NCBI GenBank assembly: GCA_051362555.1
Contig: CM120645.1
Coordinates: 1,054,001-1,118,000 of the forward strand
Length of the DNA stretch: 64,000 nucleotides
Direction of reading: 5' to 3'
DNA from: Lingula anatina
Taxonomy: Eukaryota; Animalia; Brachiopoda
Position 1 is the first letter of the stretch; each line of letters begins with the position of its first letter. A program made the translations under genes and the position numbers. Of this stretch, positions 12,388-27,500 are shown piece after piece. The notes under the pieces were generated by a model. The model was not told the origin of the DNA. It searched no databases and saw only the letters and a program-made list of their open reading frames with translations.

Positions 12388-15300
12388 ATCAGTTTTAATT
12401 GCAGACTCTAGGGCGAAGCGTTTCCAAGGACGATACAAGGTGAGCAGAAAAAAAGTGTGTTTACCTGTTGTCAAATGACATTCCTTAACCCGAGAACGCG
12501 GGACGTAAGAACGCAATAAACGGCGCCTAAACATTAGCTAAGCGTCCCAAGTAACCATGCAGCTTTTAAATCAATCTTATTAAAACGCTCTATATCAATA
12601 TACACCTGGCTTCAATGTGTCTTAAACATGTTATTGTTAATGGAATGATTTTTAAAAGATTTCTCACAACGACATCGCGTTAGTTGCCTACCCTCTATTT
12701 ATGGTCGCAAATTGAAACAGGACAAAAACTGGTTTCGTTCGTTCTGGAATGCGACCCTATAGAGCGGGTCCAGCATGTAAGAGGTAATGAAAAATTGTTA
12801 ATTAAAAAACCTGTCACAACTGTGCCACACGGTAAGCTGGGACTCCACGCAGTGACGTGACTGAGATAAAGCAAGAATGATTCAATCGCAGATCGCTGTT
12901 CTTCTCGTAATCTTTGATCGGGAAAACGGTATTGACTTTTCACGTGATATTGTTTGTTTCTTTTCTCCCTCCAGTTAGATTAAACAGGATAATATTGATG
13001 TATTGTTGCGGTTAAGGTGGTAGTCGAGCTCTAACAATAACATTCTTCCAATGCCTGGTATCTAGCCCCCCTGACCCCGTCTACCACGTAGACTGTTGTT
13101 CCAGTGCTGTTCTACCTCCCCGCGCTACACCTCTAACTACCAACACATAGAAGTTCGGGAAGTAATTTTCTTGTTTGTCAAACAAAAACTGTTTCACCTG
13201 CCACAAATTGGATTAGGGATTAAGAATTCTCTGCAAATTGAAAAAGAAAAAATGAGAAAAAGTCGCTGAGGTTAGGCAATGGGTGGGTGGGTGAGGGGAG
13301 GGTATTGAAATACTTTTCCTTGTAACTGCCGGGTATGTTGAAAGTTCTATATAGGTACGCAGTGGGTGTGGCCTTAGAAATGAAGAAAATTCAAGGAAAG
13401 CCAAAAAGGGCGGACACACCTTGAAGAGATTTCTAGGTGATAAAAAGGATAACACCTCACTGCTGCTTGATTAAATAGGAAACAGACTTCTGCACTAAGA
13501 CTCTATTTTTATAAATATTGTAAGGTACCACTGCGCCATACTTGCCTATTAACTTGAGCACAACCACTTTGTGGCTTTTAAGAATGAAAATATCGGCTAT
13601 TCAGGTGGTTGATAGTATGCTACATTAGGTCTGAATGCGATAATTTATTACTTCTCTGAAGTTTCGAGTACCTAGCTTTTTACCTGTGGATAAAAAAACG
13701 CGCTGAGAGTTTAATTGCAGAAGTGGTACGGTGGCCCCAGACATTCCGATCATTCAAACGCTGAATGTGCCCCGTTCACGGTTCACTTTCCCCCATACCC
13801 AGCTTGATGGGAGCATTGATGTTCACTTGACGATGTCGAGAAAGAGGCCAATAAGTTCAAAAGTAGTTGATGCCACCGAATACCAAAAAAGGTAGAAGTA
13901 TTTGATTTAGAGACGCCCTCTCTGCTACCTATCGCCTCACTAATCTAGCCCCCCTTCCTTCCTTTGGGGAGCGGCAACAAAACACCCCCTCCCCTCGCTT
14001 GCCCTCTCACACCTGGCCTTTGATTTTAAAATAAGACTTAAGATCGACAGCGGGTCTTAACTTCAAGATAGATATGCAGAAATCTGCTTTAAAAAACTAC
14101 CAGTCAAAATATGGATAACATCTTTCTCATTATTCAACAGGCACACTGGACTAATTCTAACTCATCCAGGTTCAAAGAAGACTGAAAGTTTTGTCTAAAA
14201 GTACAGATATACTTTTTGACTAAAGTTCTTTTATAAAACATGGCCTGTATCAGCCCTGTGTTTGCACTAACCCCTATGCCCTGTGCGCAATTATTTTCAC
14301 TTGGATGTACACCTCAAACCGCAGAGTTCAATCCAGAAAAAGAGATTTCTTAAGATGGTAAACATCTTTTGAATATTTCGTCCATTATGAACGTTGATCG
14401 TAATTTCGATATCATTTCATTGATACCTTTGCATTGGTTATGACGTCAGGAATGGAGCTCACGCTCAAATCTCATTGATCAAATCTGATTTCAGTTTGTT
14501 TTGAACTAAAAAATATTGAAAAAATAAACAAATGTATTTTGAAGATAAGGTGGTTGGAATGTAGCCACCTGCGCTCAATTCCGCGTCATTCACAGTGTTA
14601 TTTATAAGTTTTTGGAGTGAAAAAAATATGTCAACCAGACAAACACACGTAATAAGATACGTCATAGGCAGTTCCAAAATGTGATGAAATGATAGATTCC
14701 TTTATGTAGAAAACTTTTTCCGTTTTGACTCTTTTAAATGCAATGTGACCACCAAAGGGTCATTTCTATTGACGACATAAATGTGGCATCTGTGCCACTA
14801 GGCCTACACACATAGGCAACGTAAGCTAAATATAAAACGCCAAAATTATATTTTATAGAAAAAGAATCAGTACAGAGTTAAAGAAAGATATTAACTAATA
14901 GAGCTATCATCTTGTTTGTTAGTTTAATACATGGCCTGATGCAAACAGTCAAAGGAGCGAGGATTTGACTTGAAATAAGGCAATAGTGGAACATAAAGCA
15001 ACAAAAACCTAGAAAAATTATCTCAGAGAGAAGCAGCATCAAGGTCGTGTGCTGTGTCTAGAAAACTGACATCGATATTAAGTATTAAACTCGAACCCAA
15101 ATAGACATGACCCCTTCGTACCACGGCCCCTGCAATACATTGAGAAGCCCCCTCCCATGACCGTTGTCGTCTGCCCTGTGACGTCATACAGGCCCGCAAC
15201 TTGTGATCACAGCCATGAAATAGACCAGCTTTCATCTTTGAGCAATCATTTTTGTAAATTTTCTCACCTCCTGCTCTCTTTTTGGCGACAGGCGTCAATT

Positions 15301-15802
15301 ATTCTTTCACAATGCCGGTTGATAATAGGGGTAGGCTAAACTACAGGACGACAGGGGTCACATCCGCAAAATGTCGTCCTTTATCCGAGTGGAATTTTCG
15401 TAACTTTTTTTTACATGTTTGGACATATGATAGCTGTAAATAAGCCCTTGTTTGTATTCAGTGCTTGTCGCAGTGAAGTCGATAGGGTTTTATTATTAAA
15501 CAACAATCATTTTGAGAGGTATTATCGTTATTAAAACTGATATCAGTTTGTCTGATGACTGACTTATCAGACTTCTAAAATGTCAACGATACTGTGTCGA
15601 TTTATCAAGTAGAATAAAAAGTCAATGATTTGGGTATCAGGAAATGTGGGAAGGTCCCATTTAAAGACTTCATTGTTCAATATATAAATATTTTTGCTTT
15701 TTACGTTCGCAAACGTTGGTTCGAAATGGAATGAAACCATCTTGGATCAGTTAAAGTTTTTCTGAACTGATATAAACTTTGGGTTACGTTAGCTATCTAC
15801 TT

Positions 15803-15880
15803 TGGCGGCGCTGCACCACGGAGACCAGTGAGTCGCGGGTCCATCAAAGAAAACTGTCCAACTCTTTGATGTTGCCGCTT
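15803..15880. promoter_or_regulatory. Candidate TCF/LEF response element (inverted pair of HMG sites plus Helper sites)
   Basis: catcaaaga (15842-15850) and tctttgatg (15863-15871); GCCGCCA on the minus strand at 15803-15809; GCCGC at 15874-15878. Confidence 0.35.
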
Positions 15881-17137
15881 ACTGTACGAAGTTCCTTTAG
15901 GGCAATGGGGAATTCGACAATAATAAAAACCTTATTTCACATTTGTTTTACCTTGCAATTGTTAGCAGGTATTTTAAGAGTAGCTGGGGTGGTGTGGTGT
16001 TATCTTAGTGGGGATGGCGATAAAAACGGGGTTAATGCCTTCAGCTTGGAAAGCACCAAGAAAACGAAATCCACTTCAAAAATGTCGTTTTGCAACGGTG
16101 TCGTAATTGTTTCCAAAGTTTAACGTCAATACATCAGTTTTTTTTCCATTAGGCCAGTGGCTTACAATTTTACAAATATCTTAAGTGACGCGCGTTGTTT
16201 TGAATATCCAAGAGATAAACAAAGACATATTGAACTGCTGGCGTAAATCATCGACAAGAGAAAGTATTGGGAAAACATTTTAAAGTTTACTTTCTTATTT
16301 GTGTGCTTGTTCATCTGTTTTGTACTTTGTTTGAGTGGCCATTTATTTCCTGAGCGACTTCCTGTGTTTATAAGGACAACTAGTGAGTATTAACGCATTT
16401 TCCAAGAAACTGCAGTCGCCAAAGTGTATCAATTAGGAAAAGAAGTGTTCTATCAAATATCACTTATAAATGGTTGAACGAGAGAGATGACAATCTTTAA
16501 CAATGGTGATCTCACTGCAATCAGATCACCAAACAGTCAATTTGTGTATTACGTCAGAGGTACACCCCATCTAGCAAGGGCGACAAAACGTTACCGGCTG
16601 CAACAACTCTGATTGACCTGCTGGCTATTACGTCACATGGGGAAGATTGCGTCATACTAAAGAGGCGTCAGTTCCGCCAAGTTTCCAACTAACACCGTGA
16701 CTAGTGTAACAGATATTTTCACTTTTTAGGACTCTATTTCATGGAAAATGTGTTGTTTCACAGTATTCCATTTCTTTATTCAACTATGGGAAGGTGAAGT
16801 AATATGGTAATAAAGCCCATATTGAGTTCGTTTATCAGCAGGATGCGTAATGTATGACGTAACGATCTTCATGGAATGGAGGTAGTTTTGTTGTTCAATC
16901 CAAAGAACCAAGTATATCTTGATGTAACGGGGAAATATATTATTTCAGTTTTTATAAAGATTTGAATAGATTAAGTAGGTACACGCATTCTGCTCGCTAT
17001 TAATGGCAGATTTAGGTCCCCCCAAGAATGAAGGGATAGAGTAGAAAAGAAATAAATGAATTCACAGAATTAAAGAAAATAAACAAAAAAATTGAAGCTA
17101 TATAGGCCTACGATAAATAAATAAATAAATATCTTAC

Positions 17138-17409
17138 CTTTCTGCCGGCCCTGTTATTATGTAAGTTCATAAGTGACCTTGCATCTCCTTCTATTTCCCG
17201 AGCGTCCACAAACAATCGGGCAAACTTGAGACCGTATTTTATATCTGCGCTGCACCCTCCCCATTTCCATCCCTGGGGAGAGAACCGACCATCCATCTTC
17301 CGCCTGTCACAGCCACAACTTGTCATGTTGCCTTGACTACACGCCTGCGTGATGGCGTAAGCGACGCCAGCGGCGCTGATGGCGTAGGCGTAAGCGGCCT
17401 CGCGGCTGC
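17138..17409 (-). CDS. Wnt7: Wnt7 coding exon 3
   Basis: Acceptor ttttgattccag|GC (phase 1). Encodes [34 protein letters not shown]...[13 protein letters not shown]...[12 protein letters not shown]. Donor AAG|gtaaga, phase 0. Confidence 0.97.
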
Positions 17410-19624
17410 CTGGAATCAAAATAAAAAAGTTGGTAGATTGAGGAATATGTACAATTTATTCCTAAAAATATTTTTCAATCAAGATAAGTAAACCAGTTTA
17501 AAGCAAAAGTTTAGTGCATGAATGATATTTGGATACAGCAAACGAAAGTATAAGTGCATATAAGTGTCCATAAGCGAAAGACAATTGTGCCCATTGAAAT
17601 CAAAATATCAATGATAAAAATGAGATACTGCATCAAAAAAGACACTTTCAGTAAGAAAAGAGTGGTTATAATACATCAAGCTAGCCTAGGTAGAATATTT
17701 GCTCAAAGTAAACATAACTTTTTCATTCTTTGCCATTGAAAATGACAGTTGCAGGGTCTTTACCTTAGAAAATTTTGAAGAAGAGTGCATATTAAATGGC
17801 CCCAAACAATGAATTACATTACATATAAGTTAAACAAAATATATAATTATTATATGCAAGAGGACTTCAACTACATATTGAAAAGTATATCGGAATGTGA
17901 ATAAAAGAATGAAAAAATAAAAGCTGTGTAGATGGGCTCACACAAGACTCAAAATACAACTCCAAATATTATTCCGTAATTGATCTCCACGTTAAGGTAG
18001 ATATGGACAGAGGTGAGTTATCCGAGCACTGTATGGGATGAAAAACGACTTGTTTATTCCAAGCCCCTCTCTTAGACCACCAACGTAGTGCCTTTGGGGT
18101 GTTTTATGCAATAGTAGCAACAAACAAACGACAGCCCAGTGGTATCCATGCATCATCCCATTCTAAAAGATGGAGTGTCAGGCAGATCGCAACTATTTTA
18201 ATCGCGTTGTAAAGACACGCGCGGAGACGCAGGGCGCAGAGGAGGTACTTATCGAACTTTAATTGCATCAACCAGTAATCTTAATTGTCATTTTTATTCC
18301 ACACCGCCATCTCCATTCCGGACAAATGACAATCAGCATTTGATATTCTGTTCCAAGATTCTAATCTTCAAGCGCCCTTTCTTTGCCATATTAGCATAAT
18401 TCTTCCGTCCGCGCGACTTTTGAGACGTTTGCCGTGATTAATTTTTTCGACGCTCTCTAATTATGCCACATAAAAGAGAAGATAATGAAACGGTTTCAGC
18501 ATCCGGGGAGCGTTAGGAAGCGATATGTCACAGTATCTATGTGGAAACGACTGACCACTACTGACCCCTGCCCATGGGGAGTGGACAGCTGAAACCTTGA
18601 GAACTCGAACTCCGGAGACTAGTAATCTCAACGTCTGTAGAACTTGAATGAACCTTTTTCACTCCATCTGGAGGACGGTTTCCCCAAAGGAGAAATTACT
18701 CAAACTTGAAGCAGATACCATAATTAAAAATATGCAGATGGGCAAAATCCTGTCATCATAGTAACTTACTATAGTTTCTTTTATGAAGGCAAGTTCCAAA
18801 ATTAACATTCGTCCCAATGTTGTTTTGGTAAAACTTTTTATCCCAGTAAGCGCAATGTTTATTGGCGTTATTTCCCTATCAGACATCGATGAAGAAGTGT
18901 AAAGAAATATGGGATTTCATGCCCCACACATACATTTTCAAAAACAGTGTCATTTGTTTTTTTATACGCATTGTCAAACGAGCATTTTCGGCAGGGGTTA
19001 CATTTACTACAGCTGCTGGGTATACTGTACATTTTAGAATTTTGCGACAACAGGAAAAATTAAAAGCCAAAGAAACAAAGGAAGACGGATAAAATACGGG
19101 ATATCGTCAAAGGATAGGCACCCCATAAAACAGCTTCTCAAACTGGGGACAGACAAAGATGGAGGACCCTAATCGCCTCCGCCAGTCACTTGACGATGAC
19201 ACTATGGTATCTCCAAGTCGACTCTCTCGTTTCTGCCTGGGTACACACCCCGGCTAATATCTCCTGAAGTCCATACACCCGACACAAAAACGACAATCAA
19301 CAGCGCAATAAAGCCACACAAAGCCCGGACCTCTTCCACTGCGGTAACCTAATCTAATACGGTAGTGACTACACCATGTCACCGGCCCGGTGAATGCATA
19401 TAAACGTATTATTTCGATATGGGTCTTCTGTGAGAACATCGAATCGTCTTGTCGCGTCAGATTAGACGCTAGAGATGGTGTCCTAGTAAACTTCGCAAGG
19501 AGACAAAGAAAGGACGAGATAACGCACTTACCGGGGTCCCTGTTGTGAGGGAAGTTCAGCCCATTGAAGTGTTTTTTTTTTAGATTGGATTGGGGCACAA
19601 TGATATGTTGGATTATAAGAATGT

Positions 19625-19626
<2 letters not shown>

Positions 19627-19666
<40 letters not shown>

Positions 19667-19700
19667 AAGAAAGGGGGAGAGGGAGAGAGGGAGGGGGGAG
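19627..19700. repeat. (GA)n / purine-rich tract
   Basis: Direct reading. Confidence 0.9.
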
Positions 19701-21309
19701 GGAGAAATTAAGCCGATCTTAGCAATGAATTTCGAAATAAAGAAGGTGCAGGTGTTTGACCAAATCTCAAGACTGAACGACACAGTTATTTTTTCAAATA
19801 CAAGCAATATTTACTAGGAAAGAAAAAACTACGCAAGCCTTCGCAACATCGAAAAGAGTTTAGAACTCATTTCTCGATTCCTTATTAAAAATATACACAC
19901 AAAAAAGCAAGGTACATCTGAATAAGTTCCTGTCATTGACTCGAACTTCATACCGACCCCAAAATATATCAAACTTGAACCTATGTCCCTCTATATATTT
20001 AAGGATGTTTCAGCTGTCCCTCAGCAACGCAGGTCATATTTTAGACGTTAACTCTATGTACATAAACCAAGTGAACGCAATCTTCACGTTTTAACTTCGT
20101 TGACACTACATCTCATAACCCGTATAAATGTTTTAAGTTGCTAAAGCAAAGAAAACGATCTGGTTGCATTGTACCGTAAAGAATGTCATAAAACGCAGAT
20201 TTTCCTATTAATATCTTACCTCTCTCCACCTGTACGTACAACGCCAGGGGGGTGAAGGCACGCGAAGGCCAGCAGGGTTATCTAAGCGTTATCTTAAGTA
20301 CAAAACGTTTTTCGGTCGAAGCCTCGGGCCACGGCTCTTAGCTTTACCGTTGTCAACTTTCCTCTTTTATTGCTATACTTTTTTTGGGTATGAATACGTG
20401 TTATTTTCAGGTATTCACCTGTTGTCAGTCAACATCATAAACGGCGGTAAATCTTATTTTAAGTAACATGACGTGAACTATTCTTATTTTGTCTCTTTTC
20501 CTATTTCTGTATTCATTCCCTCCCTCTCTTTTTCTCCTTCTCATTTGTTTAACTGATGTAATTACTTGACGCTGTCAAATGACTAGAAGTTTGTCATCAC
20601 TTTACAATTTTAACACCCGGTGACGTCTCAAGCGTGACAAAAGTATGTAGTATTTTAAAAAGTCGAACGTTGTTCCGTGAAAAAGAAATGAGAAATCTTT
20701 TGGCCATTTTTTGTTGCTTTTAGATTTCTTATTTTGTGGTACTTGGAAAACTTGTCACAATACAACCCGAGCTACTTGGCAAAAGCATACACTAGTACGA
20801 TGACACCAAATGAAAAAAAAAAACCAACAACAACAACAATTTATCTGAATAAACGACATATTCCTTGTCATGTGAGATAAAGTGACTGATCCCTTGATAA
20901 AACTTGATAAATTTTATAACTGACACCTTGCAACATAATTTTTATACTAGAGTTACATATAAACAAGACCCTCACCCCTGTCAGTCCTCCAAAAAGAGAG
21001 AGAGATAGTAAGGTGGGGACCATGTCAACCACGTAAATAACAACGATTATGTACACCCTGTGGTCACCCAGCGAAACACTGTGCTTAGTCACCAGTCATT
21101 TGTACATTGCAGGAATATTCGTACCCTTGCACTATGTATTTATTTAAGGTTGTCACCCAGCGCCTACCCTCTAAACTCCCTCTCTCTGGAATACAACTTT
21201 TGAGATATGTATACTGTCTTTAACACCTGTAACACCTGAATCTCCTGTGGACGGCCGCCTTCATTTTCCTCACAGCTTTTATCATTCAATATCCGTTTCT
21301 TATTTTACA

Positions 21310-21354
<45 letters not shown>

Positions 21355-24300
21355 AAACAGGAATGTGACATATTTTACTCGACAGCAATACTGAGTAATT
21401 GTAAATTCCCTTTTGTTTGGACAATGATTTTCAGTATTTAATGGCATAACACCATTTTCTCTCAGATGAAATAAGATAGTAAAATGTATTCCCTCCCCAT
21501 TCCCCTAGTGTATGAAATACGAAATCTCTTTGCACGTAGAATTAGCCTTCAGTTATGCGTATTGCAACGATCATAAAAATGAACAAAGAAAACTTCAGCG
21601 TTTCAACCTTAAACGTGAACGTTTGAAATATAGACTGAATTAGCTTCATCATCCTTCACATTAATCAAAGGCTGAGTGTCACCCTATCCACTAATATACT
21701 GCTGCGAGACGCGGGCCTGAAAAGATTCTTTTCTAAACTAAGTATTCAGTATGGAATGCCACCAAAACCCAACTGCCTTATTTTTCTTCCTGACGTGAAA
21801 TGAACATAATACAGGTGAGGTTCATATTTTATCGGGCAGTTAACACGGCTGGAATGCCGTGTGGGGTGATTTAAACGAGAACGCGGGCACCTGTCGATTA
21901 CCGAGGCTTCTTTATGGGATGTTTTTCGCTTGTTAATTACCTGTGTTTTTGCTGGAAAACAGTCAGCACTGTGTCACAGATGACGTGTGTTTAGTATCTA
22001 TTGGTATAATAAATAAAATCATGTTTCTACATTTGGGTCTTCCGGGATAAGCTATCAAGCCAAGTTTTCTTGTATTTCTGTATTGAGCTCAAATACATCA
22101 TACGATAATGAAATCCACTTGAAATTGAGCTCAATAATTAACAAGCCTTTTCTATTTACTATCAGCCTACGTGTCTGTTTTCTTTGCCCAACATGACTTT
22201 AATGGGCTAGCGTTATAAAGCAAAAACTCTAAAAACAAAAACAGGAAGATGTTTGCGGGCTAATGAAAAATACTTGTTTTTTATTTACATACGATTAGAA
22301 ATGCTCTTTCTTATGGCATTAAAAAAAACGACGCCGAGATTTCAAAGCAGAGGCACGCGTCACGTATTTAACTGTTTAAAAGAACACTGGTTGTAAATAC
22401 ACTACATAGCCCAACAAAATGGTGAACACAAATATGTTGAATTTCAACACGCGCTCTCTATCGGATATGACCAATTAAATGCACGTTGGTGATTCGTAAT
22501 GTCCTCTTTGTTGTTAAGCTTCTTGTACATGCGCAAAACAGCATTCTTCTTTCGCTTTAACTAATGCCAAAGCTTTGCAATTAAAAAAAATCCTTTTCAC
22601 AAAATTTTGATGAACAACGGGCTCTCGGTTTTCCTGCATCGACCTAAAAATGGCCTCCACGTTATATAAATTTCTGCATAAAATTTCAGAAGGGCTGCGG
22701 TTTATACTAGGCTGTAGATAACACGACGCGGGGTCAAAGTAAAAGACATAATTTGATGATATCAGATCGTGTTAAAGTTGTAAGAATTTGTGCTACGCGT
22801 GTACTGTACACGGTGGTAATGGCCGGGCAGTGGAGCGGAAGTGATGTTTCTTTTCACGGTATCTCGAGGGACAGGTTCCGGTTGGTGGACATGCATTTTA
22901 AACTGTGCTGCAAGTTCACATCATATTATCCTGTTACATGTAGAGCAGAATATTACAAAGCTGTACGTTTTTTATGTGTGGTGTATATTAGAGTTGTACA
23001 TTTGCTCATGATACCTATGATTCTACCCAATCTGTCGAAGCATTGCCTATTTAGCATTGGGTTTGTTATCAGATGGCATACTTTTGTTAATAGCAATGTT
23101 GATAAATGTTCTACCAAATTTGAGAATTTTAAAGTGGGCCAGCCCAACATAAGGTAGCTTGAGGCATTGGGCCTCTGTTTCATACCGAATTCGTTAAAAA
23201 CATTTCAAAACATTTGTCGTTCAAATATTGGACTTATGAATTTGTATCATATCTGTAGATACATATTTTAAAATTCTAGTATAAAAATCAAAAATACACG
23301 AGCGACATATTTATGATTACCATGGAGATATTTGTAAATAAAAACAGTTTTAATTTGGTTATTTTTGTCTTAAAACAGCTACACGAAGCTGAATTTTCGT
23401 AACATTTTCCATTAAGGATAGCCAGTGTATCTCTTGAATATGTGAAAAATTAAACCACAGCAAAGAAAAAAATGTTAAAAATTACAAAATATAATTTTTT
23501 CTTGGAATAACAGATCAGAACTGATATGGTGCAATCAGATTTTTGATGAGAAACAGGCAAGCTTCCTGCACAAACTGTCCTGTCCCACCACTGCCATCAT
23601 TTAGTGCTCAAGTTAAAAAAAAAAAAGAAAGAAAAAAAAAAAAAAACACAGCCTTGATGGCTCTTCATCCGGACCACACGTGTGAGCGAGCAAACACCAT
23701 TTCCCGAAATTAATTTACATTTTAATAGTCAACGATCTCCATTATCTAGCCAAGACCTGGATTCTGGTTCATCTAAAAAGGGAGTCAACTAGCATTTGGA
23801 TCCTAGGGGTCTATAGCTACTTCCATGAAGCACAGGTTATTCATTAACCAAAATCTAATCTTCCATAATATTTCAGTCTAAATTACCGACGAAAAAAAAG
23901 TGAGTCATGCGTTTTCAGAATTTGATCAAAATCTAGTCTTAGGTGAAGATTTTAAGTAATCTGCCCTACTTAAGAGAGAAATGTTGTGGTCTTTCTTAAT
24001 CCAAAGTAGTCGCAAAAAGGGTACAGTGTATATCTGAACGTGTAACCCCGATGTTTTATATGGGTTACTGAATGGATATCCTTGCAATATTACACAGACA
24101 AAACTTAAAATAGAATCAGTTCTGAAAGCAAGGGCGCAGTTCATTGAAGATTGCGTGCAAAACAACATCGTACAAACCTAAAGAACAGGACGTGACAATA
24201 CGACAAATGTCAACGTGAAATAAAATCTGAAAGATTGCCTAAAGATCGAAGTGAGGGAAGGCGGGCTCGGTCTAAAGTCGGTCTTGGTCCACAACGAATG

Positions 24301-24484
24301 TAAACCAATGGCAAGACAAGGGAAGGGGCTGGTTGATGTAGGGTTTAAAATTACGCAGTCTACTCATTTTGTAATAAAACAATAACCGACTGATCGCAAT
24401 CAAATGCATATCTGGAGAGGTGCATTTACGCGTATTCTATATATTATTTAGACCCCCTTGTTTACAATTGCTATATAGTCATAG

Positions 24485-24485
<1 letters not shown>

Positions 24486-24527
<42 letters not shown>
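24486..24527. repeat. (TA)n microsatellite
   Basis: Direct reading. Confidence 0.95.
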
Positions 24528-24531
<4 letters not shown>

Positions 24532-27500
24532 TGTTCACAAGACGTTAGACAACAGATCTACGTACTTTGTGTACTGTCTTTTCGCTGTAACTCAGCTAAT
24601 ATGCGGCCGCCATGTTTTGAGTTCAGCAATGCACTGGCAAGGCTTTGGGACCTGTGGCGGGTGACAGGGGCAAATCAGTCCCACGCTAAATGATGACTGT
24701 ATGAATCTTGTCATTGAGGATAGAGCAACAACACGGTGGCGTGTGATGAAAAATTAGGTTAGCAAATGGGAACCATTTTTATATTTCCGTTTTTAAGCCT
24801 CGGCACATCTTTCTGCTATAAATACATAGCGGAGACAATGAATCAAGTTTTCAACAATGGCAGTCATATATCATATCAAAGTAGTGGCCTTTCATGCTGA
24901 GACGAGTTAAGGGGGAGATTCACTGGGGACGGCACCAGAAATTGCTACCATCCCAGGCGGTATCTGCTTATTGAGATAGTTGACTGAAAGGAATGCCTTT
25001 TATTTACGATTGGATTGGAATTTGATGAGTTCCCTGTTCAGCAATGGGTTCCACTCTATGACAAGGGAGTGTTTCAGCGTCGAACGCACCGCAAGCAAAT
25101 TGTTTTCTCGGTTTTGAAAATGTACGAGGTGCATGCAGACGACAGGGTGTTGATGTGGATTTATACCTATGGATCTTTTGTAGGGATTGTGAAACAACCA
25201 TGAGTCGAAACCACAAGAAACCGTCAAGCCTGAACCCGCTCTTAAATGCCGCTACCCCCCCCCCCCAGTAAAGACAAATGAAGACTGTAATATTTATGTC
25301 ATATTTACCACAACACCGTATGTCAAAGTGACACCATGCTTGCTTTTCTTCAGAATTTTCTTCTAGCTCATCCTAATTTTTCAAAATCTAGTAAAATAAA
25401 TTAAGTCAGTCTTTGTTGACAACAGACAAACAGAGACCCTTATATAACAAGATGCCTGCATGTATCAGTAACACAGAAGCGTCTGTTAAAACAACACTTA
25501 AGAAGGATGTAACACCTGTGAACGCACCTGACATGACATTTAAGGTGCTGACATAGTAAACGTCTGTCGCAGCATGCTCTGGACTGCTCGGTTGCTATGG
25601 AAACTGGGATGTTATTGCCAACAGTTCCACACCACAATGAGCACAGCAGGATGACAGTGACATTTGACTACCAAGTGTAAGATACTGTGTCATCGTTGTC
25701 ATCCCGACTCCTTGGGTTATCAAACGTGACGTCCTAGTGTCCCCATTATGACACTTTAACACCCCAAGTGAAACAACGCCAGCACGTTGTCCCTAACTTT
25801 GTCACCTTTGTCGCCTATACTCCTGGTACTTTCTGGTGTCGCTTCGTCACCTCACTGCGACATTATGTGACGCTCTGTGATACTATCATTAATTGTCGTG
25901 ACTCGAATTCAAGTAGAAAAAGTCACTTATATATATATTAAATAGCAAAGCGTGAACAAGAGTTGATTCAAACTGTACAGTTAAGAGATTGGTGGGTTCT
26001 TATGAGGAGATGTACTATCACTGGTCTTATGCCGTCCTTAAATAGTTGCTTTTTTGCTTTGGTTGGTTTCATCTTGAAATTGTCTGTTAATCAAATTATT
26101 AATCAAATAGTTTGTACATTGATTAAAACATTAATATATATTAGTTTAAGTAGTTGTTTGTTTTTTTATTCATAACCTTTTCTATTGTACACGCAATGTT
26201 CCAAAAAACGATAAAAAAATAAAATTATTCACATCTCAACACAAAATATCAACTTCACATTGAAGAAATAAAGGTGAAAATGGTCATAAAGGAACACTCA
26301 AATTTCACACTCAAGGTCGTATCTTTTCGCTAAATCATACAAACTGACCAACGTGTTTGATTTATCAGACATAAATCGTGGCCCAGACCTATCGAGTGTC
26401 TTTCTAATGGACTTAAATCTAGTCCTGTCTTAACAACTAGTCGCGATTTTACGGCCATTCCAGGAAGTTTTCTCAATTCCACCCAGTGCATTGTAGGTGC
26501 TCTGTGATATTGCCAATGATTTGATATTGCAGTAGGAAACACCTTAAAATCCCACCACGGCACCCACACATGGAGACGATTCAAATGAAAAAAATAACAT
26601 TCCCTCTGTTAAGGTATGTTTGCACCACAGAGATTGTTAACTCTAGGAATAACAGGCGTCTTTTGAGGTGTTTGCTGACGGCACGCGGCAGGCTGACCCC
26701 GAACCGTTTCCAAAGAAAACCACCCGAATCTCGTTAGCTTTATCAGCGCCACCTGTCCACGCGTTCTCCAGATCAATCACAACCTATTGCCGTTGCTAAC
26801 TTGATATATTAAAATTAGATGTTTGTATTGAGTTAATTAAAGCCTACTAAAAAGATACAGATTGACATAATAGTCTTTCTTTAGACTGCGTTTAAGCGTG
26901 GCTCGCGTCCAAAGTACTTAATCGCTGGGCTTAAAGCTTGCCCCTCAGGGGGAAAACTGACCAACCAACCGCCTTTGCTGCTGGACCATACCTCCCCGCC
27001 TCTGACCATGGGACAAATGGAGAAAAGTGGACACTCGAGAGAAACGAATGACCAATTTGGTCTCTGATGTAATTGGCCAGTGTCTCCTATACCGTGGCCC
27101 TTTGTGACTCAGTGCGCCGTGGAGAAAAGCCTGTGTTGAATGTCGGAGCAGTATTCTCTTGGTGTTAGCAAAATGCGGGGCAGCACGGGGGAATGGCAAA
27201 TTAGATTCAGTTACTGGTACGTCCCTGTGTGTAACGCTAGAAAAATACCGCCATTGTTTGTTATTCTTCGGGATTGTTCGCCAATATTTAGAAACAAAAC
27301 AGAACAGAAGAGTAGCCCGGGTTGGCCAGGTCGTACAGAGAGAGCGGAGGAGAGGCGAGAGAGAGAGAAGAGAGAGAGGAGGCAAGAAGGTGGACTCAGT
27401 GCGAGGTGAAGACGACACAAATAAAACGTGGGACATATGGTGCAATGTGAGGACACACCAGGGTGACATCAGGCCGTCTAGAGGGTACTTTACCCCTTCT

